Position numbers and translations under genes: made by a program. From the NCBI RefSeq assembly GCF_009914755.1, contig NC_060945.1: a stretch of 64,000 nt of DNA; one strand, given 5' to 3'. Shown piece after piece: positions 41,701 through 56,290 of the stretch. This stretch comes from the human T2T-CHM13v2.0 reference genome, Homo sapiens. Every line of letters begins with the position of its first letter. Within the stretch, counting starts at the first letter, position 1. The notes beneath the pieces were generated by a model. The model was not told the origin of the DNA, ran no database searches, and saw nothing but the letters and a program-made list of their open reading frames with translations.

Positions 41701-44700
41701 TACGTTTCATTCTGTTGCATTCCATTCCATTTCATTCTATTCCACTCCATTCAACCCAAGTTGATTCCAATCCATTCTATTGCATTCGAGGCCACTTCTT
41801 TCCATTCCATTCCATTCCATTCCATTCCATTATTTTCGGGTCCATTCAATTCAAATGCATTGCATTGCATTCCATTCCATTCCATTCCATTCCGTTACAT
41901 TCCATTCCATTCCGCTCGAGTTTATTAAATTCCATTCTCTTGCATTCTATTCCATTCCATTCCATTGCACTCGAGTTGATTCTATTCCATTCCATTCCAT
42001 TTCATTCCATTCCACTCGAGTTGATTCCATTCCATTCTATTGCATTCCATTCCATTCCATTCCATTCCATTCCTTTCCATTCCACTCGATTTGATACCAG
42101 TCAATTCTCCTGCATTCCATTCCATTCTATTCCATTCCATTCCATTTCTTTCCATTCCATTCCATTCCACTCGAGAAGATTCCATTCCATTCTATTGCAT
42201 TCAAGGCCACCTCATTCCATTCAATTCCATTCCATTCCAATCCATTCCACTCTAATTGATTTCATTCCATTCTATTGCATTCCATTCCATTCCATTCCAT
42301 TGCATTGCATTCCATTCGAGTTGATTCCATTCCATTCCGTTCCACTCGAGTTTATTCCTGTCCATTCTATTGCATTTGAGGCCACTTCATTCCATTCCAT
42401 TCCATTCCATTCCATTCCATTCCATTCCATTCTATTGCATTCCATTCCATTCCATTCCACTCCATTCCATTCCATTCCATTCCATTCCATTCCATTCTAT
42501 TGCATTCCATTCCATTCCATTCCACTCGAGTTGATTCTATTCCATTCTATGGCATTCCATTCCATTCCATTCAGTTCCTTTCCATTCCACTCTAGTTGAA
42601 TCCATTCCATTCTATTGCATTCCATTCCATTCCATTCCATTCCATTCCATTCCATTCCACTCGAGTAGATTCCATTCCCTTCCATTGCATTCCATTCCAT
42701 TCCATTCCATTAAATTCCATACCTCTCAAGTTGATTCCATTACATTCTATTGCATTATATTCCATTCCATTCCATTCCATTCAACTCCATTCCAACCGAG
42801 TTGTGTCCATTCCATTACATTGCATTCGAGGCCACTTCCTTCCATTCCATTCCATTCCATTCAAATTCTTTCGTGTCCATTCAATTCAAATGCATTTCTT
42901 TCCTTTCCATTTCATTGCATTCCAATCCATTCCATTCCATTCCATTCCACTCAAGTTGATTCCATTCCATTCCATACCAGTCGAGCTGATTCCTTTCCAT
43001 TCTATTTCATTCGAGGCCCCTTCATTCCATTCCATTCCTTTCTGTTCTATTGCATTCCATTTCACTGCATTGCAATCCATTCCATTCCATTCCATTCCAT
43101 TGCAATCCATTGCATTCCAGTCGAGTTGATTCCATTCTATTCCACTCCCTTCCAATGCATTCCATTCCATTCCATTCCATTCCATTCCATTCCACTCGAG
43201 TTGATACCTTTCCATTCTATTGCATTCTATTGCATTCCATTCCATTCCATTCCATTCCATTCCATTCCATTCCATTCCATTCCATTTCACTTCATTCCAC
43301 TCCATTCCATTCCATTCCATTTCACTTCATTCCACTCGAGATGATTACATTGCAATCTATTGCATTCGAGACCAATTCATTCCATTCCATTCCCTTCCAT
43401 TCTCTTCGGGTCCATTCAATTCAAATTCAGACCATTAACTTCCATTCCATTCCAGTCCATTCCATTCAACTCGAGTTGGTTCTTTTCCATTCTATTGCAT
43501 TCCATTCCATTCCATTCCATTCCTTTGCATTGCATTCCATTCCATTCCATTCCTTTGCATTCCATTCCATTCCATTCCATTCCATTCCTTTGCATTCCAT
43601 TCCATTCCATTCCATACCACTCGAGTTGATACCTTTCCATTCTATTGCATTCCATTCCATTCCATTCCACTCAAGTTGACTCCATTCCACTCCATACCAG
43701 TCGAGCTTATTCCTTTCCATTCTATTGCATTCGAGGCCCCTTCATTCCATTCCATTCCTTTCTGTTCTATTGCATTCCATTTCACTGCATTGCAATCCAT
43801 TCCATTCCATTCCATTCCATTGCACTCCATTGCATTCCAGTCGAGTTGATTCCATTCTATTCCACTCCCTTCCAAGGCATTTCATTCCATTCCATTCCAT
43901 TCCATTACATTACATTACATTCCACTCGAGTTGATACCTTTCCATTCTATTGCATTCCATTCCATTCCATTCCATTCCATTTCACTTCATTCCACTCGAG
44001 ATGATTACATTGCAATCTATTGCATTCGAGACCAATTCATTCCATTCCATTCCCTTCCATTCTCTTCGGGTCCATTCAATTCAAATTCAGACCATTAACT
44101 TCCATTCCATTCCATTTCATTCCATTAAACTCGAGTTGATTCTTTTCCATTATATTGCATTCCATTCCATTCCATTCCATTCCTTTGCATTCCATTCCAT
44201 TCCATTCCACTCGAGTTGATTCCATTCCATTCTATAGCATTCCATTCAATTCCATTGCATTCCATTCCATTCCATTTCATTCCTTTCCACTAGAGATGAT
44301 TCCATTCCATTCTATTGCTTTCCAAGCCACTTCTTTCCATTCCATTCCATTCCAATCTCTTCGGGTCCATTCAATTAAAATGCATTCCATTCCATTCCAT
44401 TCCATTCCATTCCATTCCATTCCATTCCATTCCATTCGAGTTGATTCCATTTCATTCTAATGCATTCCATTCCATTCCAATACATTCCATTCCATTCCAC
44501 TCGAGTTGATTCCATTCCATTCTATTGCATTCCATTCCATTCCATTGCATTCCATTCCACTCGAGTTGATACCTTTCCATTCTATTCCATTTCATTCCAT
44601 TCCATTCCATTCCATTCCACTAGAGATGATTCCATTCCATTCTATTTATTTCGAAGCCACTTCATTCCATTCCATTCCATCCAATCTCTTCAGGTCCATT

Positions 44701-47700
44701 CCATTCAAATGCATTCCATTCCATTCGATTCCATTCGATTCCGTTCCATTCCATTCTGTTCCATTCCATTCCATTCCATTCCATTCCATTCCATTCCAAT
44801 CGAGTTGATTCCATTCCATTCCATTCCATTCCATTCCACTCGATTTGATTCCATTCCATTCTGTTGCATTCCATTCCATTTCATTCTATTCCACTCCATT
44901 CAACACGAGTTGATTCCAATCCATTCTATTGCATTTGAGGCCACTTCTTTCCATTTCATTCCATTCCATTCCATTCCAATCCATTTCACCCTTGTTGATT
45001 CCATTCCATTCTATTGCATTCCATTCCATTCCATTCCATTCCATTCCTTTCCACTCCATTCCATTCCTTTCCTCTCCATTTGATTCTATTCCATTCTGTT
45101 GCATTCCATTCCATTTCATTCTATTCCACTCCATTCAACCCGAGTTGATTCCCATCCATTCTATTGCATTCCAGGCCACTTCTTTCCATTCCATTCCATT
45201 CCATTCCATTCCGCTATTTTCGAGTCCATTCAATTCGAATGCATTCCATTCCATTCGATTCCATTCCATTCCGTTACATTCCTTTCCATTCCACTCGAGT
45301 GTATTCCATTCCATTCTATTGCATTCTATTCCATTCCATTCCATTCCACTCGAGTTGATTCCATTCCATTCCATTCCATTCCATTCCATTCCGTTCAACC
45401 CGAGTTGATTACATTCCATGCTATTGCATTCCATTCCACTCCATTCCATTCCATTCCACTCGAGTTGATTCCTTTCCATTCTATTGCATTTGAGGCCACT
45501 TCATTCCATTCCATTCCATTCCTTTCTATTGCATTCCCTTCCATTCCATTCCATTCCATTCCATTCCATTCCATTCCATTCCATTCGAGTTGATTCTATT
45601 CCATTCTATTGCATTCCATTCCATTCCATTCCATTCCATTCCATTCCATTCCATTCCATTCCATTCCATTGCTATCTTTCCATTCCACTCGGGTTGAATC
45701 CATTCCATTGAATTGAATTTCCTTCCATTCCACTCCATTCCATTACAATCCACTCGAGTTTATTCCATTCCATTCTATTGCATTCCATTCCATTCCATTC
45801 TATGCCACTCGTGTTGTTTCCATTCCATTGTATTCAATTCCATTCCATTCTATTCCATTCCACTCAAGTTGATTCCATTCCATTCTATTGCATTGCATTC
45901 CATTCCATTCCATTCCATTCCATTCCACTGGAGATTTTTTTTATTCCTTTCCATTCCATTCGATTTGATTCCATTCCATTCTATTGAATTCTATTCCATT
46001 CCATTCCATTCCATTCCACTCGAGTTGATTGCATTCCATTCCATTCCATTCCATTTCATTCCATTCAACCCGAGTTGATTACATTCCATTCTATTCCATT
46101 CGAGGTCACTCCATTCCATTCCATTCCATTCCATTCCATTCCATTCCATTCCATTCCAATCCTTTCTGGTCAATTCAATTCAAATGCTTTCCATTCCATT
46201 CCATTCCACTCTAATTGATTTCATTCCATTCAATTGCATTCCATTCCATTCCATCCATTCCATTCCATTCCATTCCACCTGAGTTGATTCCATTCCATTC
46301 TATTGCATTCCATTCCATTCCATTCCACTCCATTCCATTCCATTCCATTCCGCTCGATTTGATTCCATTCTATTCTGTTACATTCCATTCCATTTCATTC
46401 TATTCCACTCCATTCAACCCGAGTTGATTCCAATCGATTCTATTGCATTCGATGCCACTTCTTTCCATTCCATCCAAATCCATTCCATTCCATTCCATTC
46501 CATTCCATTCCATTCCATTCCATTCTATTCCATTATTTTCGGGTCCATTCAATTCAAATGCATTCCATTCCATTCCATTCCATTCCATTCCATTGCATTC
46601 CATTCCATTCCATTCCACTCGAGTTTATTCCATTCCATTCTATTGCATTCTGTTACATTCCATTCCATTCCACTCTTGTTGATTTCATTCCATTCCATTC
46701 CATTTCATTCCATTCAACCCGAGTTGATTCCATTCCATTCTATTGCATTCGAGGCCACTTGATTCCATTCCATTCCATTCCATTGCATTCCCTTCCACTC
46801 CATTCTTTTCTGGTCAATTCAAGTCGAATGTTTTCCATTCCATTCCATTCCACTCGAGTTGACTCCATTCCATTCTATTGCATTCCATTCCATTCCTTTC
46901 TCTCCACTCGAGTTGATACCTTTGAATTCTACTGCATTCCATTCCATTCCATTCCATTCATTGCAGTTGATTCCATTCCATTCCATTCCATGCCATTCCA
47001 TTCCATTCCATTCAAGTTGATTCCATTCCATTCCATGCCATTCCATTCCATTCCATTCAAGTTGATTCCATTCCATTCCATTCTATTGCATTCCATTCCA
47101 TTCCTTTCCATTCCATTCCACTCTAGTTGATTCCATTCCATTCTGTAGCATTCCATTCCGTTCCATTCCATTCCATTCCTTTCCATTCCATTCCATTCAA
47201 TACCATTCCATTCCATTCCTTTCCACTCGGGTTGATTCCAATCCACTCTATTGGATTCGAGGCCACTTCATACCATTGCATTGCATTCCATTCCATTCCA
47301 TTCCATTCCATTCCATTCCATTCCATTCCATTCCATTGCATTCCATTCCACTCTAGTTGATTCCATTCCATTCTATTGCATTCCATTCCATTCCATTCCA
47401 TTTCACTCCGGTTGATTCCATTCCATTCTCTTGCATTCCATTCAATTCCTTTCCATTTGGTTCCATTCCATTGCATTCCATTCCACTCGAGTTAATTCCA
47501 TTCCTTTATACTGCATTCCGTTCCATTTCATTCCATTCCATTCCATTCCATTCCGTTCCTTTCCATTCCATTCCATTCCATTATATTACATTAACTTCCA
47601 CTCCATTCCACTCGAGTTGATTCCATTCCATTCTATTGCATTCGAGGCCACTTTATGCCATTCCTTTCCATTGCATTCTATTGCATTCCTTTCCATTCCA

Positions 47701-50700
47701 TTCCATTCCATTCCATTCCATTCAACTCGTGTTGATTTCATTCCATTCTATTTCATTCAAGACCACATCATTCCATTCCTTTCCATTCCATTCTTTTCTG
47801 ATCCATTCAATTTAGATGCATTCCCTTCCGTTCCATTCCATTCAATTCCATTCCATTCCATTCTTTTCCTTTACACTCGAGTTTATTCCATTCCATTCTA
47901 TTGCATTCCATTCCAGTCCATTCCATTGCTTTCCATTCCAGTCCATTCCATTGCACTCCTTTTCATTCCATTCCATTCCATTCCACTCGAGTTGATTCCA
48001 CTCCATTCTGTTCCATTCCATTCCATTCCATTCCACTCAAATTGATTCCATTTCATTGTATTGCATTCCATTCTGTTCCATTCCATTCCATTCCATTCCA
48101 CTCCAGTTGATTCCATTCCATTCTATTGTATTCCATTCCAATCCATTCCATTCCATTCCAATCCATTCCACTCGAGCTAATTCCTTTCCATTCTATTGCA
48201 TTCTAGGCCACTTCATTCCATTCCATTCTATTGCATTCCGTTCCATTCCATTCCATTCAATTCCATTCCATTGCATTCCATTCCATTCCATTCCATTCCA
48301 TTCCATTCCATTCCATTCCATTCCATTCCATTCCATTGCATTCCTTTCCACTCGGGTAGATTCCATTCCAATCCATTCCATTCCATTCCATTCCAATTCC
48401 ATTCCATTCCATTCCACTAGGGTTGATTCCATTCCATTCTATTGCATTCCATTGCATTCCATTCCATTCCATCCGATTCCACTCGTGTTGATTAGACTCC
48501 TTTCTATTGCATTCCATTCCCTTCCATTTCATTCCATGCCATTCCACTCAATTCCATTATATTCCATTCAACTCTATTGCATTCCATTCCATTCCATTCC
48601 ATTCCATTCCAGTAGAGTTGATTCCATTCCATTCTATTGCAATCAATGCTACATCGTTCCATTCCATTCCGTTACTTTCTATTCCATTCCATTCCATTCC
48701 ATTCCATTCCATTCCATTCCATTCCATTCTAGTTGATTCCATTCCATTCCATCCCATTCCATTCCATTCCATTGGAGTTGATTACATTCCATTCTATTGC
48801 ATTCCTTTCCATTCCATTCCATTCCATTCCATTTCAATCCCCTCGAGTTGATTCCATTCCATTGTTTTGCCTTCCATTCCATTCCATTGCATTCCATTCC
48901 ATTCCATTCCACTCGAGTTGTTTCCATTCCATTCTATTGCATTCCATTCCCTTCCATTCCATTCCATTGCATTCCATTCAATTCCAATCCATTCCATTCC
49001 ATTCCACTCGAGTTGATTCCATTCCAATCTATTGCATTCGAGGGCACTTTATTTCATTTCATTCCGTTCTATTCCATTATTTTCGAGTCCATTCAATTCA
49101 AATGCATTCCATTCCATTTCATTCCATTCCACTCCATTCAAATCCGTTTCATTCCATTCCACTCAAGGTGATTCCATTCCATTCCATTGTTTTCGAGGCC
49201 CCTCTAATCCATTCATTTCCATTCCATTCTATTGCATTCAAAGCCAGTTCATTCCTTTCCATTACATTCTATTGCGTTCCATTCCATTACATTACATTCC
49301 AATCCATTCCATTCCACTCGAGTTGATTCCTTTCCATTCTATTGCTTCCATTCCACTCCATTCCATTCCATTCCATTTCAGTCCATTCCATTCCACTCGA
49401 GTTGATTCCAGTCTATTCTATTGCTTTCCATTCCCTTCCATTCCATTTCTTTCCAGTCCATTCAATTCCATTCCATTAAATTCCACTCGAGTTGATTCCA
49501 TTCCATTCTATTGCACTCGAGACCACTTCATTCCATTCCATTCCGTTCCTTTCCTTTCCATTCCAATCCATTCCATTGCATTCCATTTTTTCGAGGTCCA
49601 TTCAATTCAAAAGTATTCCAATCCATTCCATTCCATTCTACTCCATTCCATTCCATTCCATTCTATTCCATTATATTCCATTCCACTCGAGTTGATTCCA
49701 TTCCATTCTATTGCCTTCCATTCCATTCCATTTCATTCCATTGCATTCCATTCCACTCGAGTTGATTCCATTCCATTCTATTACAGTCACGGCCACTACA
49801 TTCCATTCAATTCCCTTCCATTCCATTGCATTCCACTCGAGTTGATTCCACTCCATTCTATTGCATTCCATTCCATTCCATTCCATTCCGGTTAATTACT
49901 TTCCATTCTATTGCATTCGAGGCCACGTCTTCCAATTCCATTCCATTGCATTGTATTGCATTCCATTCCTTTCCATTCCATTCCATTCCATTCAATTCCA
50001 TTCCATTCCAATCCATTCCATTCTATTCCATTCCATTCCATTTCATTCCATTCCTTTCCACTTGGGTTGATTCCACTCCAATCCATTCCATTCCATTCCA
50101 TTCCATTCCATTCCATTCCATTCCATTCCACTAGAGTTGATTCCATTCCATTCTATTGCATTCCATACCCTTCCATTCCATTCCAATCAATTCCATTCCA
50201 TTGCATTCGAGTTGATTCCATTCCATTTTATTGCATTCCATTCCACTCCATTCCACTCGAGTTGATTCTATTCCATTCTATTTCATTCCATTCCATTCCA
50301 TTCCAATCCATTCCATTCCATTCCATTCCATGCTACTCTAGTTGATTCCATTCCATTCTATTTCATTCCATTCCATTCCACTATATTCCATTCCATTCCT
50401 CTCGAGATGATTCCTTTCCATTTTATTGCATTCCATTCCATTCCATTCCATTCCATTCCATTCCATTCCATGCCATTTAATTCCATTCCATTCCACTCTT
50501 TTCCATTCCTGTTGATTCCATTACTTTATATTGCATTTAATTCCATTCCATTCCATTGCATTCCATTCCATTTCACTGCTTTCTATTCCATTCCATTCCA
50601 TCCCTTTCCATTCCATTTCTTTCCATTCCATTCCTTTCGTGTTGTTTGCATTCCATTCTATTGAATTCCATTCCATTCCATTCCACCCGAGTTGATTCCA

Positions 50701-53700
50701 TTCCATTCCATTGCATTTGAGACCACTTCATTCCATTCCACTCCATTCCATTCTATTGCATTCCATTAAATTCCATTCCATTCTATTTAATCCCATTCCA
50801 TTCCGTTCCATTCCATTCCATTACATTCCACTCCATTCCGTTCCACTTGAGTTGATTCCATTCCATTCTCTTGCACTCAATTCCATTCCTTTACATTCCA
50901 TTTCATTCCATTCCTCTCGAGCTTATTCCATTCCATTCTATTGCATTCATTTCCATTCCAAAACATTCCATTCCTTTCCACTCCATTCCATTCCACTCGA
51001 GTTGATTCCATTCCATTGCATTCCCTTCCATTCCATTACATTCCCTTCCATTCCATTCCACTCGAGTTGTTTCCATTCCATTCTATTGCATTCGAGGCCA
51101 CTTCATACCATTCCATTCCTTTCCATTCCATTCTTTTGAAGTCCATTCAATGCAAATACACTCGATTCCCTACTATTCTATTCCATTCCATTCCATTTCA
51201 TTCCATTCCATTCCTTTCAATTCGACTTGAGTTTATTCCATTCTATTCCACTGTATTCCATTCCATTTTATTCCATTCCATTATATTCCATTCCACTCGA
51301 GTTGATTCCATTCCATTCTATTGCATTCCATTCCATTCCATTCCATTTCATTCGAGTTGATTACAGTCCATTCTGTTGCATTCCATTCCATTCCATTCCA
51401 CTCTAGTTGATTCCATTCCATTCTACTGTATCCGAGGACACTTCATTCCATTCCATTCTTTCCCATTCCATACTTTTTGGATACATTCAATTCAAATGCC
51501 TTCCAATCGATTCCATTCCATTCCATTCCATTCCACTCTAGTTGATTCTATTCCATTCTATTCCATTCCATTCCAGTCCACTCCATTCCATTGCATTCCA
51601 CTCGAGTTGATTCCATTCCATTCTATTACATTCGAGGCCACTTCATTCCATCCCATTGCATTCCATTCTATTGTGTTCCATTCCATTCCATTCACTTCCA
51701 TTCCATTCCACTTGAGTTGTTTCCATTCCATTATACTGCATTCAAGGCCACTTGATTCCATTCCATTCCATTCCCTTCTTTTCGGATAAATTCATTTTAA
51801 ATGCATTCCATTCCATTCCATTCCATTCCCTTCCATTCCATTCGATTCCTTTCCACTCGAGTCTATTAAATTCCATTCTATTGCATGCCATTACATTTCA
51901 TTCCTTTGCATTCCTTTCCATTCCATTGCATTGCATTGCATTGCATTCCATTCCATTCCATTCCATTCCACTCGTGTTGATTCTTTTCCATTCTATTGCA
52001 TTGCATTAAATTCCATTCCCATCCATTCCATTCCATTCCATCCCATTCCATTCCATTCCACTCGAATTGATTCCATTCCATTCTATTGCATTTGAGGCCA
52101 CTTCATTCCATTCCTTTCCATGCCATTCCATTCCATTCCATTCTTTTCGGGTCCATTCAAATTAAATGCATTCCATTCCATTCCACTCAAGTTGATTCCT
52201 TTCCATTCTATTGCATTCCATTGCATACCTTTCCATTCCATTCCATTCCGCTCTAGTTGATGCCATTCCATTCTATGGCATTCCATTCAATTCCTTTCAA
52301 TTCCATTCCACTCCATTCCACTCGAGTTTAATCCATTCCATTCTATTGCATTCCATTAAATTCCATTCCATTCCATTCCACTCGAGTTAATTCCATTCCA
52401 TTCTATTGCATTCCGTTCCATTCCTTTCCATTCCATTGCATTCCATTCCATTCCCTTCCATTGCATTCCATTCCTTTCCATTCGAGTTGATTCCATTCCA
52501 TTGTATTGCATTCCATTCCATTCCATTGCATTCCATTCTATTGCATTCCATTCCATTCCATTCCGTTGTGTTCCATTCTATTCCATTCTGTTACATTCCA
52601 TTCCATTCCACTCGGGTTGATTCTATTGCATTCGAGGCCACTTCATTCCATTCCATTCTATAGCATTCCATTCCATTCGATTCCATTCCATTCCTTTCCT
52701 CTCCAGTTGATTCCATTCCATTGTATTGCATTCCATTCCATTCCATTCCATTGCATTCCATTCCATTCCAATCCATTCCATTCCATTGCATTCCATTCCA
52801 ATCCATTCCATTCCATTGCATTCCATTCTATTCCGTTCTATTCCACTCGAATTGATTCCATTCCATTCTATTGCATTCCATTCCATTCCATTCCATTCCA
52901 TTCCATTCCATTCCTTAGCATTCCATTCCATTGCATTCCATTCCATTGCATTCCATTAAATTCCACTATATTTGATTCCATTCCATTCTATTGCATTCCA
53001 TTCCATTCCATTCCTTTCCATTCCATTCCATTCCATGCCATGCCATTCTATTGCATTAGAGGCCACTTCATTCCATTCCATTCCATAGCATTCTATTGCA
53101 TTCCATTCCTTTCCATTCCATCCCATTCCATTGCACTGCATTCTATTCCATGCCACTCGTGTTGATTCCATTTCATTGCATTCCATTCCATTTCATTCCA
53201 TTCCATTCCATTCCCTTCCATTTCATTCCATTCCATTCTATTGCATTCCATTCCCTTCCATTCCTTTCCGTTCCGTTCCGTTCCATTCCATTCCATTCCA
53301 TTCCATTCCCTTCCATTCCTTTCCGTTCCGTTCCATTCCATTCCATTCCATTCCATTCCATTCCATTCCATTCCTTTCCGTTCCGTTCCATTCCATTCCA
53401 TTCCATTCCATTCCATTCCCTTCCATTCCTTTCCGTTCCGTTCCATTCCATTCCATTCCATTCCATTCCATTCCACAGGGTTTGATTCCATTCCATTCTA
53501 TTGCATTCGAGGACTCTTCATTCCCATCCGTTCCATTCCTTTCTTTTACCTACCTTTCCATTCCTTTCCATTCCATTCCATTCCATTCCATTCTATGCCA
53601 TTCTGTTCCATTCCATGCCACTCGAGTTGATTCGCTTCCAATCTATTGCATTCCATTCCATTCCATTCCACTCGATTTGATTCCATTCAATTCTATTGCA

Positions 53701-56290
53701 TTCCATTCAATTCCATTCCATTCAAATACATTCCATTCTTTTCCATTCACTCGAGTTGATTCCCTTCTGTTCTATTGCATTCTTTTCCATTCCATTCCAT
53801 TCCATTCCATTCCATTCCATTGCATTCTATACCATTCCACTCGTGTTGATTCCATTCAAATCTATTGCATTCCATTCCATTCCATTCCATTCCATTCCAT
53901 GCCACTCGAGTTCATTCCATTCCATTCTATTGCATTTGAGGCCACCTCATTCCATTTCATTCCATTCCATTCTATCACATTCCATTCCATTCCATTCCAA
54001 TCCATTCCATTCCATTACATTCCATGCCACTCGAGTTGATTCCATTCCATTCTATTGCATTCCCTTCCATTCCTTTCCATTCCATTCCATGCCACTCGAG
54101 TTGATTCCATTCCATTCTATTGTATTCCATTCATTTCCATTCCATTCAATTCCATTGCATTCCATTCGATTCCACTCGATTTGATTCCATTCCATTCTAT
54201 TGCATTCCATTCCATGCCATTCCATTCCATTCCTTTCCATTCCATTCCATTCTACTCCATTGCATTCCATTCCACTCGATTTGATTTCATTCCATTCTAC
54301 TGCATTCCATTTCATTTCGTTCCATTGCATTCCGTTCCATTCCACTTGACTTGATTCCATTCCATTCTATTGCATTCCATTCCATTGCATTCCATTCCAG
54401 TCCAGTCCATTTCTTTCCACTTGAGTTCATTCCATTCCATTCTATTGCATTCCATTCCCTTCCATTCCATTTCATTCCATTCCATTCCATTCCATTTAAT
54501 TCCGTTCCATTCCATTCCACTCCAGTGGATTCCATTCTATGCTATTTAATTTCATTCCATTCCATTCCATTCCACTGCGGTTGATTCCATTCAATTCTAT
54601 TGCTTTTCATTCCATTCAATTCCACTGCGTTTCATTCCATTCCATTCCACTGCATTTCATTCCATTCCATTCAATTTCATTCCATTCCACACCAGTTCCC
54701 TCCATTCCATTCCATTCCATTGCATTCCATTCCATTCCACCCGTGTTGTTTCCATTCCATTCTACAGCATTCCATTATATTACATTACATTCCACTCCAT
54801 TCCACTCGAGTTGATTGCTTTCCATTCTATTCCACTCAAAGCCACTTTATTCCATTCCATTCCATTCCATTCCATTCTCTTGCATTCCTTTCCATTCCAT
54901 TCCTTTGAAATCCATTCCGCTCTATTCCATTCCATTTCATTCCACTCCAGTTGATTCCATTCCATTCTATTGCATTCAAAGCCACTTGATTCCATTCAGT
55001 TCCATTCCATTCCATTCCATTCCATTCTTTTCGGATCCATTCAATTCAATTGCATTGCTTTCCATTCCATTCCACTCGAGTTGATTCCATTCCATTATAT
55101 TGCATTCCATTGCATTCCATTCCATTCCATTTCATTCCACTCGGGTTGATTCCATTCCATTCTATTGCATTGCATTCCATTCCATTCCATTCCATTCCAA
55201 TCGAATTAATTCCATTCCTTTCTATTGCGTTCGAGGCCACTTCATTCCATTCATTTCCATTCCATTCCATTCCATTATTTTCTGGTCCATTGAATTCAAT
55301 TGCATTCCGTTCCATTCCATTCCATTCCACTGGAGTTGATTCCATTACATTCTATAGCTTTCCATTCCATTCCATTCCATTCCACTCCATTTCACTCGTG
55401 ATTTTTCCATTCCATTCAATTGCATTCCATTCCATTCCATTCCATTCCATTCCACTCCACTCGAGTTGATTAAATTCCATTCTATTGTACTCCATTCTAT
55501 TGCATTCCATTCTATTCCATTCCATTCCATTCCATTCCACTTGACTTGATTCCATTCCATTTTATTGCATTCCATTCCATTCCATTCGAGTTGATTCCAT
55601 TCCATTCTATTACATTCCATTCCATTCCATTCCTTTCCATTCCATTATACTTGAGTTGATTCCATTCTATTCTATTGCATTAGAGGCCACTTCATTCCAT
55701 TCCATTCCATTCCATTCCATTCCATTCCATTCCATTCTATTGCATTCCTTTCCATTTCATTCCATTCCATGACACTAGAGTTGATTCCATTCCATTCTAT
55801 TCATTCCATTCAATTCCATTCCATTCCTTTTCGCTCCATTCCATTCTATTCCACTCGAGTTGGTTCCATTCCTTTCTATTGCATTCGAGTCCAATTCATT
55901 CCATTCCATTCCATTCCATTCCAATCTTTTTAGGTCCATTCAATTAAAATGCATTCCATTCCACTCCACTCCATTCCAATCCATTCAAATATTCTCGAGT
56001 TGATTCCATTCCATTCCATTCTATTGAATTCCATTTAATTCCATTTCATTATATTTCATTGCACTCCAGTTGTTTCCATTCCATTCTATTGCATTCCACT
56101 CCATTCCATTCCATTCTATTCCCTTGCATTCCATTCCACTCGAGTTGATTGCATTCCATTCTATTGCATTCTAAGCCACTTCATTCCATTTAATTCCATT
56201 CCATTCCATTCCATGGTATTCCATTCCATTCCATTAGACTCGAGCGGTTTTCATTCCATTCTATTGCATTCGAGGCCAGTTCATTCCATT
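38726..56290 (+). repeat. Human Satellite 3 (CATTC)n, domain 1, punctuated by CCACTCGAGTTGATT and GAGGCCACTTCATT
   Basis: CATTC pentamers are interrupted by ACTCGAGTTG (a variant of the classical Sat III ACTCGGGTTG/CAACCCGAGT decamer), TTCTATTGCATT and GGTCCATTCAATTCAAATGC. Confidence 0.95.
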
